From: Woeseiaceae bacterium
GTDB taxonomy: Bacteria > Pseudomonadota > Gammaproteobacteria > Steroidobacterales > Woeseiaceae
Direction: 5' to 3'
DNA: 64,000 nt
Assembly (NCBI GenBank): GCA_021773115.1
Contig: JAJFKS010000006.1
Location: 375,266 to 439,265 of the forward strand
The translations under genes and the position numbers were made by a program. Shown here piece by piece: positions 1 through 12,295 of this stretch. A model generated the notes under the pieces. The model made no database searches. It had not been told where the DNA came from and was given only the letters and a program-made list of their open reading frames with translations. Every line of letters begins with the position of its first letter. The stretch's first letter is position 1.

Positions 1-1920
1 GACTCGCGCCAGGCGAACAGCCTAAATACTGAGGTCGAGTATCTGAAGTTTTCTGGCTCCTTCCTCGCCGGCGACCATATCATGTCGGCCGGATATGAGC
101 GGCAGACCGTCGATATCTTCAATATTTTCGTGCAGCACTCCAGAGGTGGCGAGTATGACTATTTTGATGATTCGGCAGGCAATGCCGCGGGTTGCGCGGC
201 ACTGACCGCACAGGAGCGTTTCGATGATACGCTCGGTCTCGGATGCGGAACGTCCGGCATCGACAAATTCGAACTCGGACGGCCAAGTCGAATCTTTTAC
301 GGCAGCGCAGGTGTTACGAACAACAGACTTGATGCTGCTGCATCGTTCCAGAATGTGTTGAACAGTGTTTACTTTCAGGACGAGTTGTTCGTTGACCGAT
401 ACGATATGACGATCACCGCCGGTCTGCGATACGACTGGTTCGAGAGTGACGACCGACCGAAGTTTCATCAAAACTTCTTCGACGCCAGCGGCATCCGAAA
501 CGACGCCAACGTCGACGGCATTGACCTCATCATGCCGCGCTTCGGGGTGACCTGGGGTGCGACTGATGAATTGACCCTGCGCGGCGGAATCGGCCTGTAC
601 TCGGGCGGAAACCCGAATGTCTGGCTCTCCAACGCCTGGAGCAACGACGGCATCACCAACGTACAGCTCGGTGGGTTCAGCGGCTATACAGCCAGCCAAT
701 TCGCGGCTGAGACGGGATCCACGTCAGGCTTCACGATCATGCCGGGATTTGCTGATTCCATTACCCTGACAGGCTCTGGAACGATGTTCAACCGGGACAT
801 TCCGCAGCTCATGTTCGACGACGTTGCGGCCGCAACACCGCTCGCGGCACTGCCACGCGGATTGGTGCTCATCGACCCGAACTATAAGCAACCCAGTGAG
901 TGGAAGATTGCCGTCGGCGGTACCTGGGAAATGCCGTATTACGATTTGACCCTGGACTTCGACTACCTCTACACCCGCGGCAATGACCCCGCCCATTACA
1001 TTGATGTATCGCAGACGATTGTTGGACAGACGCTGGCCGGCTCGCCCATCTATGACTACTTCACGTCGGACACGCTTGGCAACGAGGCACGGGATAACCT
1101 GATGCTGACCAATTCATCAGCGTCGCCAACGTCAAGCATGATCTCATTCGTATTGTCCAAAGAGTGGGAGTCGGGCCTTTCGGCTCAATTGGGTTACGCC
1201 TACATTGACGGTGATGACGTTGCCTCGATGGTTGCTGCAACCGCAGGATCGAACTTCACCGCTGAGGCACTTACGGATATTAATCAAACGGGTGCTTCGA
1301 CATCTAACTGGGTCGTTCCACAACGCATAACCGTTGGCCTTTACTACGAGCACGATTTCTTCGGCGACAATGCAACGCGTCTGTCGCTGCAAGGATTCAT
1401 CAACGAAGGACAGGCACAGTCATACGTCATGGACAGTGGCGATTTCGAAGGCGATGGATTTAATGGTCGCCACCTGCTGTATGTGCCCACCGGCCCGGAC
1501 GACCCTAACGTGAACTTCCTCTGGGATGACAGAAACTCGGCAAACCCGACAATGAATGACGATTTCTTCGCGTTCATCGCCCGCGAAGGTCTGGCACCCG
1601 GGTTTCAATCGCGCAACGCACGACACACCGGCTGGTCAAACGTATGGCACTTCAGTGCACGCCAGGAAATCCCGCTTGGTGAGAAGTTCTTCGGCAACCT
1701 GTACTTCAAAGTCAAGAACCTGGGTAACCTGCTGAATGACGACTGGGGCAAGATAACGGACTCTCAGTTCTTCCCGGTGGAAATCATCCGGGACACCGAC
1801 ATTCTTCCGGATGGTCGGATTCAGTTTGAAGAATTCAGCGATGGCTCATTGCAACGGACTTACGTAAACCCGAGCCTTTGGGAAATTCGTTTTGGTATTG
1901 ATATCCATTTCGGTCAGTAA
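1..1920 (+). CDS. TonB-dependent receptor, C-terminal beta-barrel part (5' end lies upstream of window)
   Basis: Frame 1 is open from base 1 and continuous with listed ORF 82..1920, so the gene is 5'-truncated by the window. The long Gly/Asn/Asp/Tyr-rich sequence shows the alternating beta-strand pattern typical of TBDR barrels. A hairpin terminator follows. No plug or TonB box is visible because the N-terminus is missing. Confidence 0.8.
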   Translation, partial: DSRQANSLNTEVEYLKFSGSFLAGDHIMSAGYERQTVDIFNIFVQHSRGGEYDYFDDSAGNAAGCAALTAQERFDDTLGLGCGTSGIDKFELGRPSRIFYGSAGVTNNRLDAAASFQNVLNSVYFQDELFVDRYDMTITAGLRYDWFESDDRPKFHQNFFDASGIRNDANVDGIDLIMPRFGVTWGATDELTLRGGIGLYSGGNPNVWLSNAWSNDGITNVQLGGFSGYTASQFAAETGSTSGFTIMPGFADSITLTGSGTMFNRDIPQLMFDDVAAATPLAALPRGLVLIDPNYKQPSEWKIAVGGTWEMPYYDLTLDFDYLYTRGNDPAHYIDVSQTIVGQTLAGSPIYDYFTSDTLGNEARDNLMLTNSSASPTSSMISFVLSKEWESGLSAQLGYAYIDGDDVASMVAATAGSNFTAEALTDINQTGASTSNWVVPQRITVGLYYEHDFFGDNATRLSLQGFINEGQAQSYVMDSGDFEGDGFNGRHLLYVPTGPDDPNVNFLWDDRNSANPTMNDDFFAFIAREGLAPGFQSRNARHTGWSNVWHFSARQEIPLGEKFFGNLYFKVKNLGNLLNDDWGKITDSQFFPVEIIRDTDILPDGRIQFEEFSDGSLQRTYVNPSLWEIRFGIDIHFGQ

Positions 1921-1948
1921 GACGAGAGGCTATCGAGCTTCAATGAAA

Positions 1949-1976
1949 GGGCGGTCCTCGGACCGCCCTTTTTTTT
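1949..1976 (+). terminator. rho-independent terminator after the truncated TBDR (also usable by the convergent 5'-nucleotidase gene)
   Basis: GGGCGGTC / GACCGCCC 8-bp GC-rich stem with a 4-nt loop, followed by an 8-T run (1969-1976). It is preceded by AAA, so it is partly bidirectional. Confidence 0.8.
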
Positions 1977-2007
1977 CATAATTGCTTGGTCTGCTGCGAC
2001 GTTTTCG

Positions 2008-3600
2008 CTATCTAAAACACGCCTGTTTGCTCTCGAGTAATTCGTGATAACGACGATTCTCGTCGTTGATCGCCCAACCCACTTTTTCACCACGCGCCTG
2101 TGCACCCAGCACGGCATCCAGCACCCGATAGATCAGCTCCGAGGCCGGGCGTGATACGGCTCGATCCTTGGGCAGCTTGTAACCATCACCACCGCCGTAC
2201 AGGAAGTCCGGTACGACCAGGCTGTACTCTTTGTCATCCTCGATCTCAGCCCAGCCACCGTTGGTCGGCAGCTGCAGGCTGACGATACGGTCACCTTCAT
2301 TACGGCTGCGATCGACGCAAATACGAAACCCGGAAATCTGCGGAAAGTAACCCTTGCTGGGCCCAAAGCCACGATAGCCTGCCTGCATGACTTCGCGAAA
2401 TTCGGCACCGCTGACGGTCATATGTCGCAGATATGAACTGAAACCGAATGTCCGAGCTATGTCTTCGAACTGAATGTCATCGGCTATGTAATCGTCTATT
2501 CGCAACGTGCCACCGTTGACAAAGGCGAGATCCGCTTGCGGCTTACCAAAAGCACCGCGCATCTGATCGGCAACGAAACTGCCCCAGTTACTCTCTTCGT
2601 TGCGAATTGTTACCTCGCGGCCATCGAGCGGTAACGCGGCGACGCCGACAGTGGCCTCAAGAAATGGAAACGTCTCGAGCAGGCGCGAGCGCCATTTGGT
2701 GGCGAGCACTTCGTAGTCGGGATCCAGCGCGACCTGTTGATTCAGATGAACTTGATTTTCCGTCACGACTGGCTGTCCATTCGCATCAAAATCCAGATTA
2801 ACCGTCCAGATCGTGCGCGCGTTGGACGCGCCCTTCATGACCGCAGCCGATCCATCGCTCAGCGCCCGGTGCTCGGGTTCATGCTCATGGCCGCCCAGGA
2901 TAAATATAAGCTTCGGGTGCCTGGCGCGAAGTCGGGCGATCTCGTCGTCCTGCCATATGTGCAAATGTGTGAGCCCGACAATCGCATCAACGCCGGCGGA
3001 TTCGAATTGCTCGATAACTGACTCGGCGACACCTCGATAGTCTTTATTGATCGGCACGTAGCCGCGTTCATTGCCGCCGTCATCCGCATGCAGCGTCAAT
3101 GCGAAAATGCCAACGGTGCGACCCCCCGATTCGATCGTGAACGCAGATTTGAGCGCGTTATCGACATCCGCGTCGCCCGTCCGAAACCTGTAGTTGTCGC
3201 CGAGCCACTCGAACTCGGACGCCTTTACCGCGTTGATAAGCGGTTTCGACGTGCGCCGGTCGAACTCATGATTTCCGCCAACGACATACAGCGGCGCGAG
3301 CGCGTCCATGAAGTTCATGGCATCAACCATCTGCATGCCGTTCCAGAGGCTGCTCTCCAGCGAGGGGTAAAGAAAATCACCGCCGTGCATTACGCGCACA
3401 TCACGACCCTGACTTTTGAGCTCACGAACAACGGTGACGACGCGACTGAAACCTCCGGCATGGCCGTCTTCGACGGCACCGACGCGGTAAGTGTCGTTGA
3501 GATGCACGAAAGTGATGCCGGACGATTCTTCATCATTAACGGACAGCGAGACGCAGGCGTACAGGCTGATACAGCTCAGCAGCAACAACATTCTTTTCAT
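2008..3600 (-). CDS. bifunctional metallophosphatase / 5'-nucleotidase (UshA-like), predicted lipoprotein
   Basis: Listed ORF is 2008..3705. I place the start at Met36 (ATG at 3598-3600), giving MKRMLLLLSCISLYAC (signal peptide plus Cys). Calcineurin-like motifs HLNDTYR, GGDFL, GGNHEFD and GGHEHE are present. Length fits the C-terminal 5'-nucleotidase substrate domain. Confidence 0.85.
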   Translation of the reverse strand: MKRMLLLLSCISLYACVSLSVNDEESSGITFVHLNDTYRVGAVEDGHAGGFSRVVTVVRELKSQGRDVRVMHGGDFLYPSLESSLWNGMQMVDAMNFMDALAPLYVVGGNHEFDRRTSKPLINAVKASEFEWLGDNYRFRTGDADVDNALKSAFTIESGGRTVGIFALTLHADDGGNERGYVPINKDYRGVAESVIEQFESAGVDAIVGLTHLHIWQDDEIARLRARHPKLIFILGGHEHEPEHRALSDGSAAVMKGASNARTIWTVNLDFDANGQPVVTENQVHLNQQVALDPDYEVLATKWRSRLLETFPFLEATVGVAALPLDGREVTIRNEESNWGSFVADQMRGAFGKPQADLAFVNGGTLRIDDYIADDIQFEDIARTFGFSSYLRHMTVSGAEFREVMQAGYRGFGPSKGYFPQISGFRICVDRSRNEGDRIVSLQLPTNGGWAEIEDDKEYSLVVPDFLYGGGDGYKLPKDRAVSRPASELIYRVLDAVLGAQARGEKVGWAINDENRRYHELLESKQACFR

Positions 3601-3667
3601 AGTGATATCCCTGATTATTCGCCAACATGCTAACCTGAAATACCAGCCAGTGGCATCAGGAGCAGAT

Positions 3668-4477
3668 ATGCGAACAGTAAAAATATTGGCGGCAATGGCA
3701 ATCACTTTGATACTGGCTGCGTGCGCTCACACCGAGCACGAGCACGGCAATGATCACGCCGACGACCTTGGGCTGTACTGGGTCAAATATGCCGCTGAAT
3801 ATCAGGCAATCTCGGCACAAGTCTACGCGCAAGCCACTCGCGACCTGCCTCGATTCGTCGCGGATACATCCTGGACTGCGATGCCTGATCAACAAGTCGA
3901 CCCGACGTTGCCACCGGCCGTCATTCTCGATATTGACGAAACCGTCGTCAGCAATGTCGACTTTCAGCTCACGTTCGAACGCCCGTTCGCGAATCACAAG
4001 CTCGATACCTGGAGTAGCAACGTCGATGCGACTCCGATTCGCGGCGTGGTTGAGTTCGTTGCTGCAGCACGAGAGCTGGGCGTGACTGTCTTCTTCGTGA
4101 CCAATCGTCCATGCCAGCCGATCGCGGGAAACGACGCTTCGTGTCCACAGAAACAAACAACGATTGACGATGTACGCGAGCTTGGCATCGACATTGACGC
4201 CAACAACGTCATGCTGGCTGATGAAAGACCGGACTGGGACCGCGAAAAACTGACCCGTCGCCAACACGTGGCCAAAACACACCGCGTCATCATGCTGGTC
4301 GGCGACGACCTGGGCGATTTCATTGCCTGCGTACGTGATGAGCCCGCCGGGCCCTGCAAACAGGCAGGAACTCGCGAGACCCGGCTCGCCGATGTCGAGC
4401 GCTTCGGAAAGTACTGGGGCGCGGGCTGGTACATCCTGCCGAATCCGATGCACGGCTCATGGACTTCAGTCGATTAG
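3668..4477 (+). CDS. class C acid phosphatase / 5'-nucleotidase lipoprotein e(P4) family (HAD superfamily)
   Basis: Internal ATG at 3668 of ORF 3491..4477 gives MRTVKILAAMAITLILAAC (lipobox LAAC). The class C DDDD signature halves VILDIDETVVSN and IMLVGDDLGDF are present. Confidence 0.8.
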   Translation: MRTVKILAAMAITLILAACAHTEHEHGNDHADDLGLYWVKYAAEYQAISAQVYAQATRDLPRFVADTSWTAMPDQQVDPTLPPAVILDIDETVVSNVDFQLTFERPFANHKLDTWSSNVDATPIRGVVEFVAAARELGVTVFFVTNRPCQPIAGNDASCPQKQTTIDDVRELGIDIDANNVMLADERPDWDREKLTRRQHVAKTHRVIMLVGDDLGDFIACVRDEPAGPCKQAGTRETRLADVERFGKYWGAGWYILPNPMHGSWTSVD

Positions 4478-4545
4478 TTGGCGTATCCTGTACCATCGAT
4501 TTGCTCGTAACACATTGAAAAGAAACAAGTCTACGGAGAGGGAAC

Positions 4546-5418
4546 ATGGCAAAGGTTAAGTGCGGACTCATTCAGATGGCGCTCAAAGGCGACGTGTCGA
4601 TGCAGCCCGACGAAATTCGGGATTTGATGATCGAGGCACACATCCCGTACATCGACGAGGCCGCCAATAAAGGCGTGCAGGTGCTGTGTTTCCAGGAAGT
4701 CTTTACGCAGCCCTATTTCTGCCCGAGCCAGGATCGCAAGTGGTATGCCGCCGCTGAGAAAATTCCGGACGGCTACACCACCAAGCTGATGCAGGAATAC
4801 GCCAGGAAGCACAACATGGTGATCGTGGTTCCCATTTATGAGGAACACATGACGGGTGTGTATTACAACACCGCCGCAGTAATTGACGCCGACGGAAAAT
4901 ACCTGGGCAAATATCGCAAGACCCATATCCCGCAGGTCGATCCCGGCTTTTACGAAAAGTTTTTCTTCAAGCCAGGCAATTCGGGATGGCCGGTGTTCGA
5001 TACCGCGTACCTGAAACTTGGTGTCTATATTTGTTACGATCGGCATTTCCCGGAAGGCTGGCGTGCGCTGGCGCTTAACGGTGCCGAGTACATCGTCAAT
5101 CCATCCGCAACAGTGGCCGGGCTGAGTAAATACCTGTGGGAACTGGAGCAACCGGCTTCAGCGGCCGCAAACGGCGTCTTCATCGGTGCGATTAACCGCA
5201 TTGGTAAGGAAGAGCCGTGGGCTGACAAGATGGGCGAATTCTACGGCTCCAGCTACATCGTGAATCCGCGCGGCGCTATTGAAGCGCAGGCAAGTTATGG
5301 CGATGACGAGCTGCTGGTGCACGAAATTGACCTGGATATGGTGCGCGAGGTTCGCGATACCTGGCAATTCTTCCGCGACCGCCGCCCTGAGACCTACGGA
5401 CCGCTCACGGGCGAGTAA
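4546..5418 (+). CDS. beta-ureidopropionase (N-carbamoyl-beta-alanine amidohydrolase), nitrilase/CN-hydrolase superfamily
   Basis: Glu-Lys-Cys triad context LCFQE, YRKTHIP and VYICYDRHFPE. The core aligns block by block with animal-type beta-ureidopropionase as I remember it (NPSAT..., FYGSSYIV). It is the first gene of the pyrimidine-reduction operon. Confidence 0.8.
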   Translation: MAKVKCGLIQMALKGDVSMQPDEIRDLMIEAHIPYIDEAANKGVQVLCFQEVFTQPYFCPSQDRKWYAAAEKIPDGYTTKLMQEYARKHNMVIVVPIYEEHMTGVYYNTAAVIDADGKYLGKYRKTHIPQVDPGFYEKFFFKPGNSGWPVFDTAYLKLGVYICYDRHFPEGWRALALNGAEYIVNPSATVAGLSKYLWELEQPASAAANGVFIGAINRIGKEEPWADKMGEFYGSSYIVNPRGAIEAQASYGDDELLVHEIDLDMVREVRDTWQFFRDRRPETYGPLTGE

Positions 5419-5435
5419 GGACTCAGGGATAAAAT

Positions 5436-8350
<2,915 letters not shown>

Positions 8351-8358
8351 GGAACCTT

Positions 8359-9651
8359 ATGGCAGACAATGAACGAATCAAAGCAGGCCGATTAAACAAG
8401 TCGGAGATCGATGAGGGCTTCTTGGACCTGCATCCACCACTGCCGCGTTCCGAAGCCCTGATCGAAGCAGATCGCTGCTATTTTTGCTATGACGCGCCTT
8501 GTACGATCGCCTGCCCCACCGGTATCGACATCCCGTCGTTTATTCAGAAAATTCGCAGCGACAATATTCGCGGCTCAGCCCACACGATTCTCAGCGAGAA
8601 CATCATGGGCGGCATGTGCGCGCGTGTCTGTCCGACAGAGATTTTGTGCGAGGAAGCCTGTGTCCGCAATACCCACGAAGAAAAGCCGGTCGAAATTGGC
8701 CTGCTGCAGCGTTATGCAACCGATCCAATACTCGAATCCGGCACGCAGCTGTTTGAGCGTTCTGCACGCAGCGGCAAGAAAGTTGCAGTCGTTGGCGGCG
8801 GCCCGGCCGGACTTTCATGTGCGCATCGCCTTGCCGTCCTCGGACACGACGTAGTTATCTTCAATCGTGACAGCAAAGCCGGTGGCCTCAATGAATACGG
8901 AATTGCTGCGTACAAGACGGTCGATAATTTTGCGCAAAAAGAGGTCGACTACATTCTGGCCATTGGCGGCATTGAATTGCGCAATGAATCGCCACTGGTA
9001 TCTGCCGGCGATCTCGATAAGCTTCGCAAGAACTACGACGCCGTTTTTGTCGGCATCGGTCTGGGTCTCTCCAATGAGCTCGGCATTGAAGGCGAAGATC
9101 TGCCCGGTGTCGAGAATGCCATCGAATACATTGCGGACTTACGCCAGGCAGCTGACAAGAGCCAGTTGCCGGTCGGCAGAAATGTTGTTGTTATCGGCGG
9201 CGGCATGACTGCGATCGACGTTGCGGTGCAAAGCATGCGACTGGGCGCCGAGAATGTTCACATGGTCTATCGCCGCGGGCCGGACGAAATGAGTGCCAGC
9301 GGGTTCGAGCAGGCCCTCGCGCAAACCAGCGGCGTCACAATTCATCACTGGGCGAGCCCCGCACGCATAGTCGGAAACGGTCACGTTGAATCGGTGGAGT
9401 TTAAAGAAGGACTCAAACTTCCGGCCGACGTCGTGTTCAAGGCAATCGGCCAGGCTTTGAGTGCCGAGGGCTACGGTGCGCTGCAACAGGACTCGGGACG
9501 CATTAAGGTGGATGTGCAACAGCGGACCTCCATACCGAATGTCTGGGCCGGTGGCGACTGTGTCGCCGGCGGAGACGACCTGACAGTGAGCGCGGTGCAA
9601 CACGGAAAAATTGCTGCGATCGACATTGACCGACAGCTCAGGAAGACGTAA
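8359..9651 (+). CDS. preT: NAD-dependent dihydropyrimidine dehydrogenase subunit PreT (GltD-like)
   Basis: N-terminal Fe-S Cys clusters (CYFCYDAPCTIACP, CARVCPTEILCEEAC) plus two dinucleotide folds (VVGGGPAGLSCA, VVIGGGMTAIDVA). The gene lies 2 nt before preA. Confidence 0.85.
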   Translation: MADNERIKAGRLNKSEIDEGFLDLHPPLPRSEALIEADRCYFCYDAPCTIACPTGIDIPSFIQKIRSDNIRGSAHTILSENIMGGMCARVCPTEILCEEACVRNTHEEKPVEIGLLQRYATDPILESGTQLFERSARSGKKVAVVGGGPAGLSCAHRLAVLGHDVVIFNRDSKAGGLNEYGIAAYKTVDNFAQKEVDYILAIGGIELRNESPLVSAGDLDKLRKNYDAVFVGIGLGLSNELGIEGEDLPGVENAIEYIADLRQAADKSQLPVGRNVVVIGGGMTAIDVAVQSMRLGAENVHMVYRRGPDEMSASGFEQALAQTSGVTIHHWASPARIVGNGHVESVEFKEGLKLPADVVFKAIGQALSAEGYGALQQDSGRIKVDVQQRTSIPNVWAGGDCVAGGDDLTVSAVQHGKIAAIDIDRQLRKT

Positions 9652-9653
9652 CG

Positions 9654-10952
9654 ATGGCAGACCTCAAAACAAGCTTTCTCGGTATCTCCTCACCCAACCC
9701 GTTCTGGCTCGCGTCAGCACCGCCGACTGACAAGGCCTACAACGTCAACCGCGCATTCGAGGCCGGCTGGGGCGGCGTGGTCTGGAAAACGCTGGGCGAG
9801 GACCCGCACATTGTGAATGTGAGCGGGCCGCGCTACAGCGCATTGCACAGCAATGACCGGCGTGTCATCGGCTTTAATAATATTGAGCTGATTACTGACC
9901 GGCCACTGAAAACCAATCTCGACGAGCTGCGGCAGGTGAAAAAGGACTGGCCGGATCGTGCCTTGATTGCCTCGGTCATGTTGCCCATGAACGCCGAGAG
10001 TTGGACGAAATACATTCCAATGATCGAGGACACAGGCGTTGACGGCTTCGAGCTGAATTTCGGCTGCCCACACGGCATGTCGGAGCGCGGCATGGGTGCC
10101 GCCGTTGGCCAGGTGCCCGAGTACATCCAGATGGCAACCGAATGGGCGAAGCAGGCGGCCTCTGTCCCGGTCATCGTCAAGCTGACACCGAATATCACCA
10201 ACATTGTGCCACCGGCCAAGGCCGCACAGGATGGTGGTGCCGATGCCGTATCGTTGATCAACACCATCAATTCGATCATGCGAGTCGACTACGATTCACT
10301 GACCATGTACCCGACCACGGACGGCATGGGCACGCATGGCGGCTATTGCGGCGAAGCGGTCAAACCCATTGCACTGAACATGGTTGCCGAAATCGCGCGC
10401 ACAAGAGAACTGGCTGGCCTGCCCATTTCGGGCATCGGTGGCATTACGGACTGGCGGGATGCGGTCGATTTCCTGGCCCTCGGCGCAAGCAACGTGCAGG
10501 TCTGTACAGCGGCGATGGTGTACGGCTTCAAGATTATCGACGACCTGGTCGACGGTCTCAGCAATTTTCTCGATGACAAGGCGCTAACTTTTGATCAGCT
10601 GGTCGGCAAGGCCGTGCCGAGTGTAACCGACTGGCAACACCTGAATCTGAACTATATTGAGAAAGCGGTAATCGATCAGGACCTCTGCATTCAGTGCGGC
10701 CGCTGTCATGTCGTTTGCGAAGACACCTCGCACCAGGCCATTACCAATAGCGTGGATGGCGTGCGTCGCTTTGAGGTCCTCGATGACGAATGTGTTGGCT
10801 GCAATTTGTGTGTCAGTGTTTGCCCGGTCGATGGCTGCATTTCGATGCAGCAATTGACCAGCGGTAACGACCCGCGAACCGGCAGCGCTATCACGGAAGA
10901 AAAGCTGCGCTGGACCGAACACCCGAACAATCCCATGCGCAAGATGGACTGA
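9654..10952 (+). CDS. preA: NAD-dependent dihydropyrimidine dehydrogenase subunit PreA
   Basis: DHOD-like TIM barrel (FELNFGCPHGM, GIGGI) with a C-terminal 2x[4Fe-4S] ferredoxin (CIQCGRCHVVCED, CVGCNLCVSVCPVDGC). Confidence 0.9.
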   Translation: MADLKTSFLGISSPNPFWLASAPPTDKAYNVNRAFEAGWGGVVWKTLGEDPHIVNVSGPRYSALHSNDRRVIGFNNIELITDRPLKTNLDELRQVKKDWPDRALIASVMLPMNAESWTKYIPMIEDTGVDGFELNFGCPHGMSERGMGAAVGQVPEYIQMATEWAKQAASVPVIVKLTPNITNIVPPAKAAQDGGADAVSLINTINSIMRVDYDSLTMYPTTDGMGTHGGYCGEAVKPIALNMVAEIARTRELAGLPISGIGGITDWRDAVDFLALGASNVQVCTAAMVYGFKIIDDLVDGLSNFLDDKALTFDQLVGKAVPSVTDWQHLNLNYIEKAVIDQDLCIQCGRCHVVCEDTSHQAITNSVDGVRRFEVLDDECVGCNLCVSVCPVDGCISMQQLTSGNDPRTGSAITEEKLRWTEHPNNPMRKMD

Positions 10953-10955
10953 GAC

Positions 10956-11354
10956 ATGACAATCGCCGAAGAAGATCTGATCAATGCTGCGAAAGATGCG
11001 CGGCAACATGCCTATTGCCGTTACTCCGGTTATTCGGTCGGTGCTGCCATCGTTGACGACCATGGTCATCTGCATGTTGGCTGCAATGTTGAAAATGCGG
11101 CCTACCCTTTAGGCAGCTGCGCCGAAGCAGCAGCGATCGCTGCGATGCTTCAGGAAGGTGGCAAACGCATTGACAAAATTGCCGTGGTCGGCGGCGCAAA
11201 CGATATAACGTCGTGCACGCCCTGCGGCGGATGTCGTCAACGCATCCAGGAATTCGCGGACGAGAACACCATCATCATTGCAATGGACGACAGCAACGAG
11301 TGGCAGCACTACTCGATCGCCGAGTTGCTACCGGCAGGATTCCACCTCGATTAA
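10956..11354 (+). CDS. cdd: cytidine deaminase (short homotetrameric type)
   Basis: 132 aa with zinc and catalytic motifs CAEAAAI and TPCGGCRQ. Confidence 0.85.
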   Translation: MTIAEEDLINAAKDARQHAYCRYSGYSVGAAIVDDHGHLHVGCNVENAAYPLGSCAEAAAIAAMLQEGGKRIDKIAVVGGANDITSCTPCGGCRQRIQEFADENTIIIAMDDSNEWQHYSIAELLPAGFHLD

Positions 11355-12292
11355 AAACGCGCCAATCGTTCCGTTAACAATTTGTAAAAACCATCAGCAT
11401 CGATATCAAAGGCCCAGTTCGCGTTGTGTGGCCGCTCAGTCACATGCCAGAAGTCCACGGCCGTGTGGCCCATCGTTAATTCCGATTCCGTCTCGATTGC
11501 GATGTTGCACAATTTCAATTTGAACAGCTCCGGTCGCAGCAGATAAGCGACCGTGCAGGGATCGTGCAGCGGCGTTCCGGGTGAATCGTATTTCTCGGTA
11601 TCGTAGCGGTGGAAAAAACTCAACATGCCGGCAGTTGCCTCCGCGACCGCATTACCAAGGTCGCCGATGCGCCCGACACGCTCTGGCGTCGATAACACCT
11701 TGTGCGAGACATCGAGACCCATCACCGTCAGTGGCCGACCGCAGCTGAATACAATATCAGCCGCATGCGGATCGGCCAGGATATTGAATTCCGCCGACGG
11801 TGTGCGGTTGCCGCCTTCCCGCATCGCACCGCCCATGAGCACAATTTCATCAATACTTTCAATAATTTGTGGGTCAGCCACGATGGCCGCGGCGATGTTG
11901 GTCAATGGTCCGGTCGGCACCAGCGTGATGCTGGACGGTGCCGCTGCGCCGAGCGTGTCCAGCAGATAAGCGACCGCGTGTTGTGACTGCAGCGGTGTCT
12001 CGGGATCAAAGATATCCATGCCATCGATACCCGTTTCGCCATGAATATACTCGGCGCTGATGGCTTCTCGGATCAAGGGCTTCTCGGCGCCAGCGAATAC
12101 CGGTATGTCGCGTCGATCCGCCACATCACACATCACCCTGGCGTTGCGTTCCGTCAGGCGTAGCGGAACGTTACCCGCGACGGCGGTAATGCCTATCAGT
12201 TCAAGTTCGTCGGGTGAGGACATCGCGAGGAACAGCGCGACGGCGTCGTCCTGGCCAGGATCGCAATCGATGATTATCGGGCGTGGTGACAT
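11351..12292 (-). CDS. nucleoside hydrolase (inosine/uridine-preferring family)
   Basis: N-terminal IIDCDPGQDDAVAL (DxDxxxDD Ca-binding fingerprint), 313 aa. It lies 3 nt downstream of nupC. Confidence 0.85.
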   Translation of the reverse strand: MSPRPIIIDCDPGQDDAVALFLAMSSPDELELIGITAVAGNVPLRLTERNARVMCDVADRRDIPVFAGAEKPLIREAISAEYIHGETGIDGMDIFDPETPLQSQHAVAYLLDTLGAAAPSSITLVPTGPLTNIAAAIVADPQIIESIDEIVLMGGAMREGGNRTPSAEFNILADPHAADIVFSCGRPLTVMGLDVSHKVLSTPERVGRIGDLGNAVAEATAGMLSFFHRYDTEKYDSPGTPLHDPCTVAYLLRPELFKLKLCNIAIETESELTMGHTAVDFWHVTERPHNANWAFDIDADGFYKLLTERLARF

Positions 12293-12295
12293 CGG

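Noticed and set aside
1885-1920. The truncated TBDR ends ...IHFGQ rather than with a terminal aromatic residue.
   Set aside because: A Phe sits two residues from the end. Short C-terminal extensions occur, and there is no sign of a frameshift because a clean stop is followed by a terminator.
3616-3621. Hexamer TATTCG recurring in three island promoter or leader regions (3616-3621, 13541-13546, 22599-22604) as a possible shared operator.
   Set aside because: It is only 6 nt long, with no dyad symmetry or extended flanking conservation, and it is absent from the other island promoters. This cannot be told from chance without comparative data.
2008-3705. N-terminally extended versions of several ORFs as listed (2008..3705, 3491..4477, 13575..14993, 14917..15852, 18184..19671, 20126..21511, 31170..33650, 34498..36051, 36163..37428, 42838..43995, 43941..45254, 46237..46905, 51056..51550, 59222..59914, 63122..63973).
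   Set aside because: In each case an internal Met gives a canonical signal peptide or lipobox, or the conserved family N-terminus. It also removes overlap with the neighbouring gene or promoter. The extensions look like non-coding read-in.
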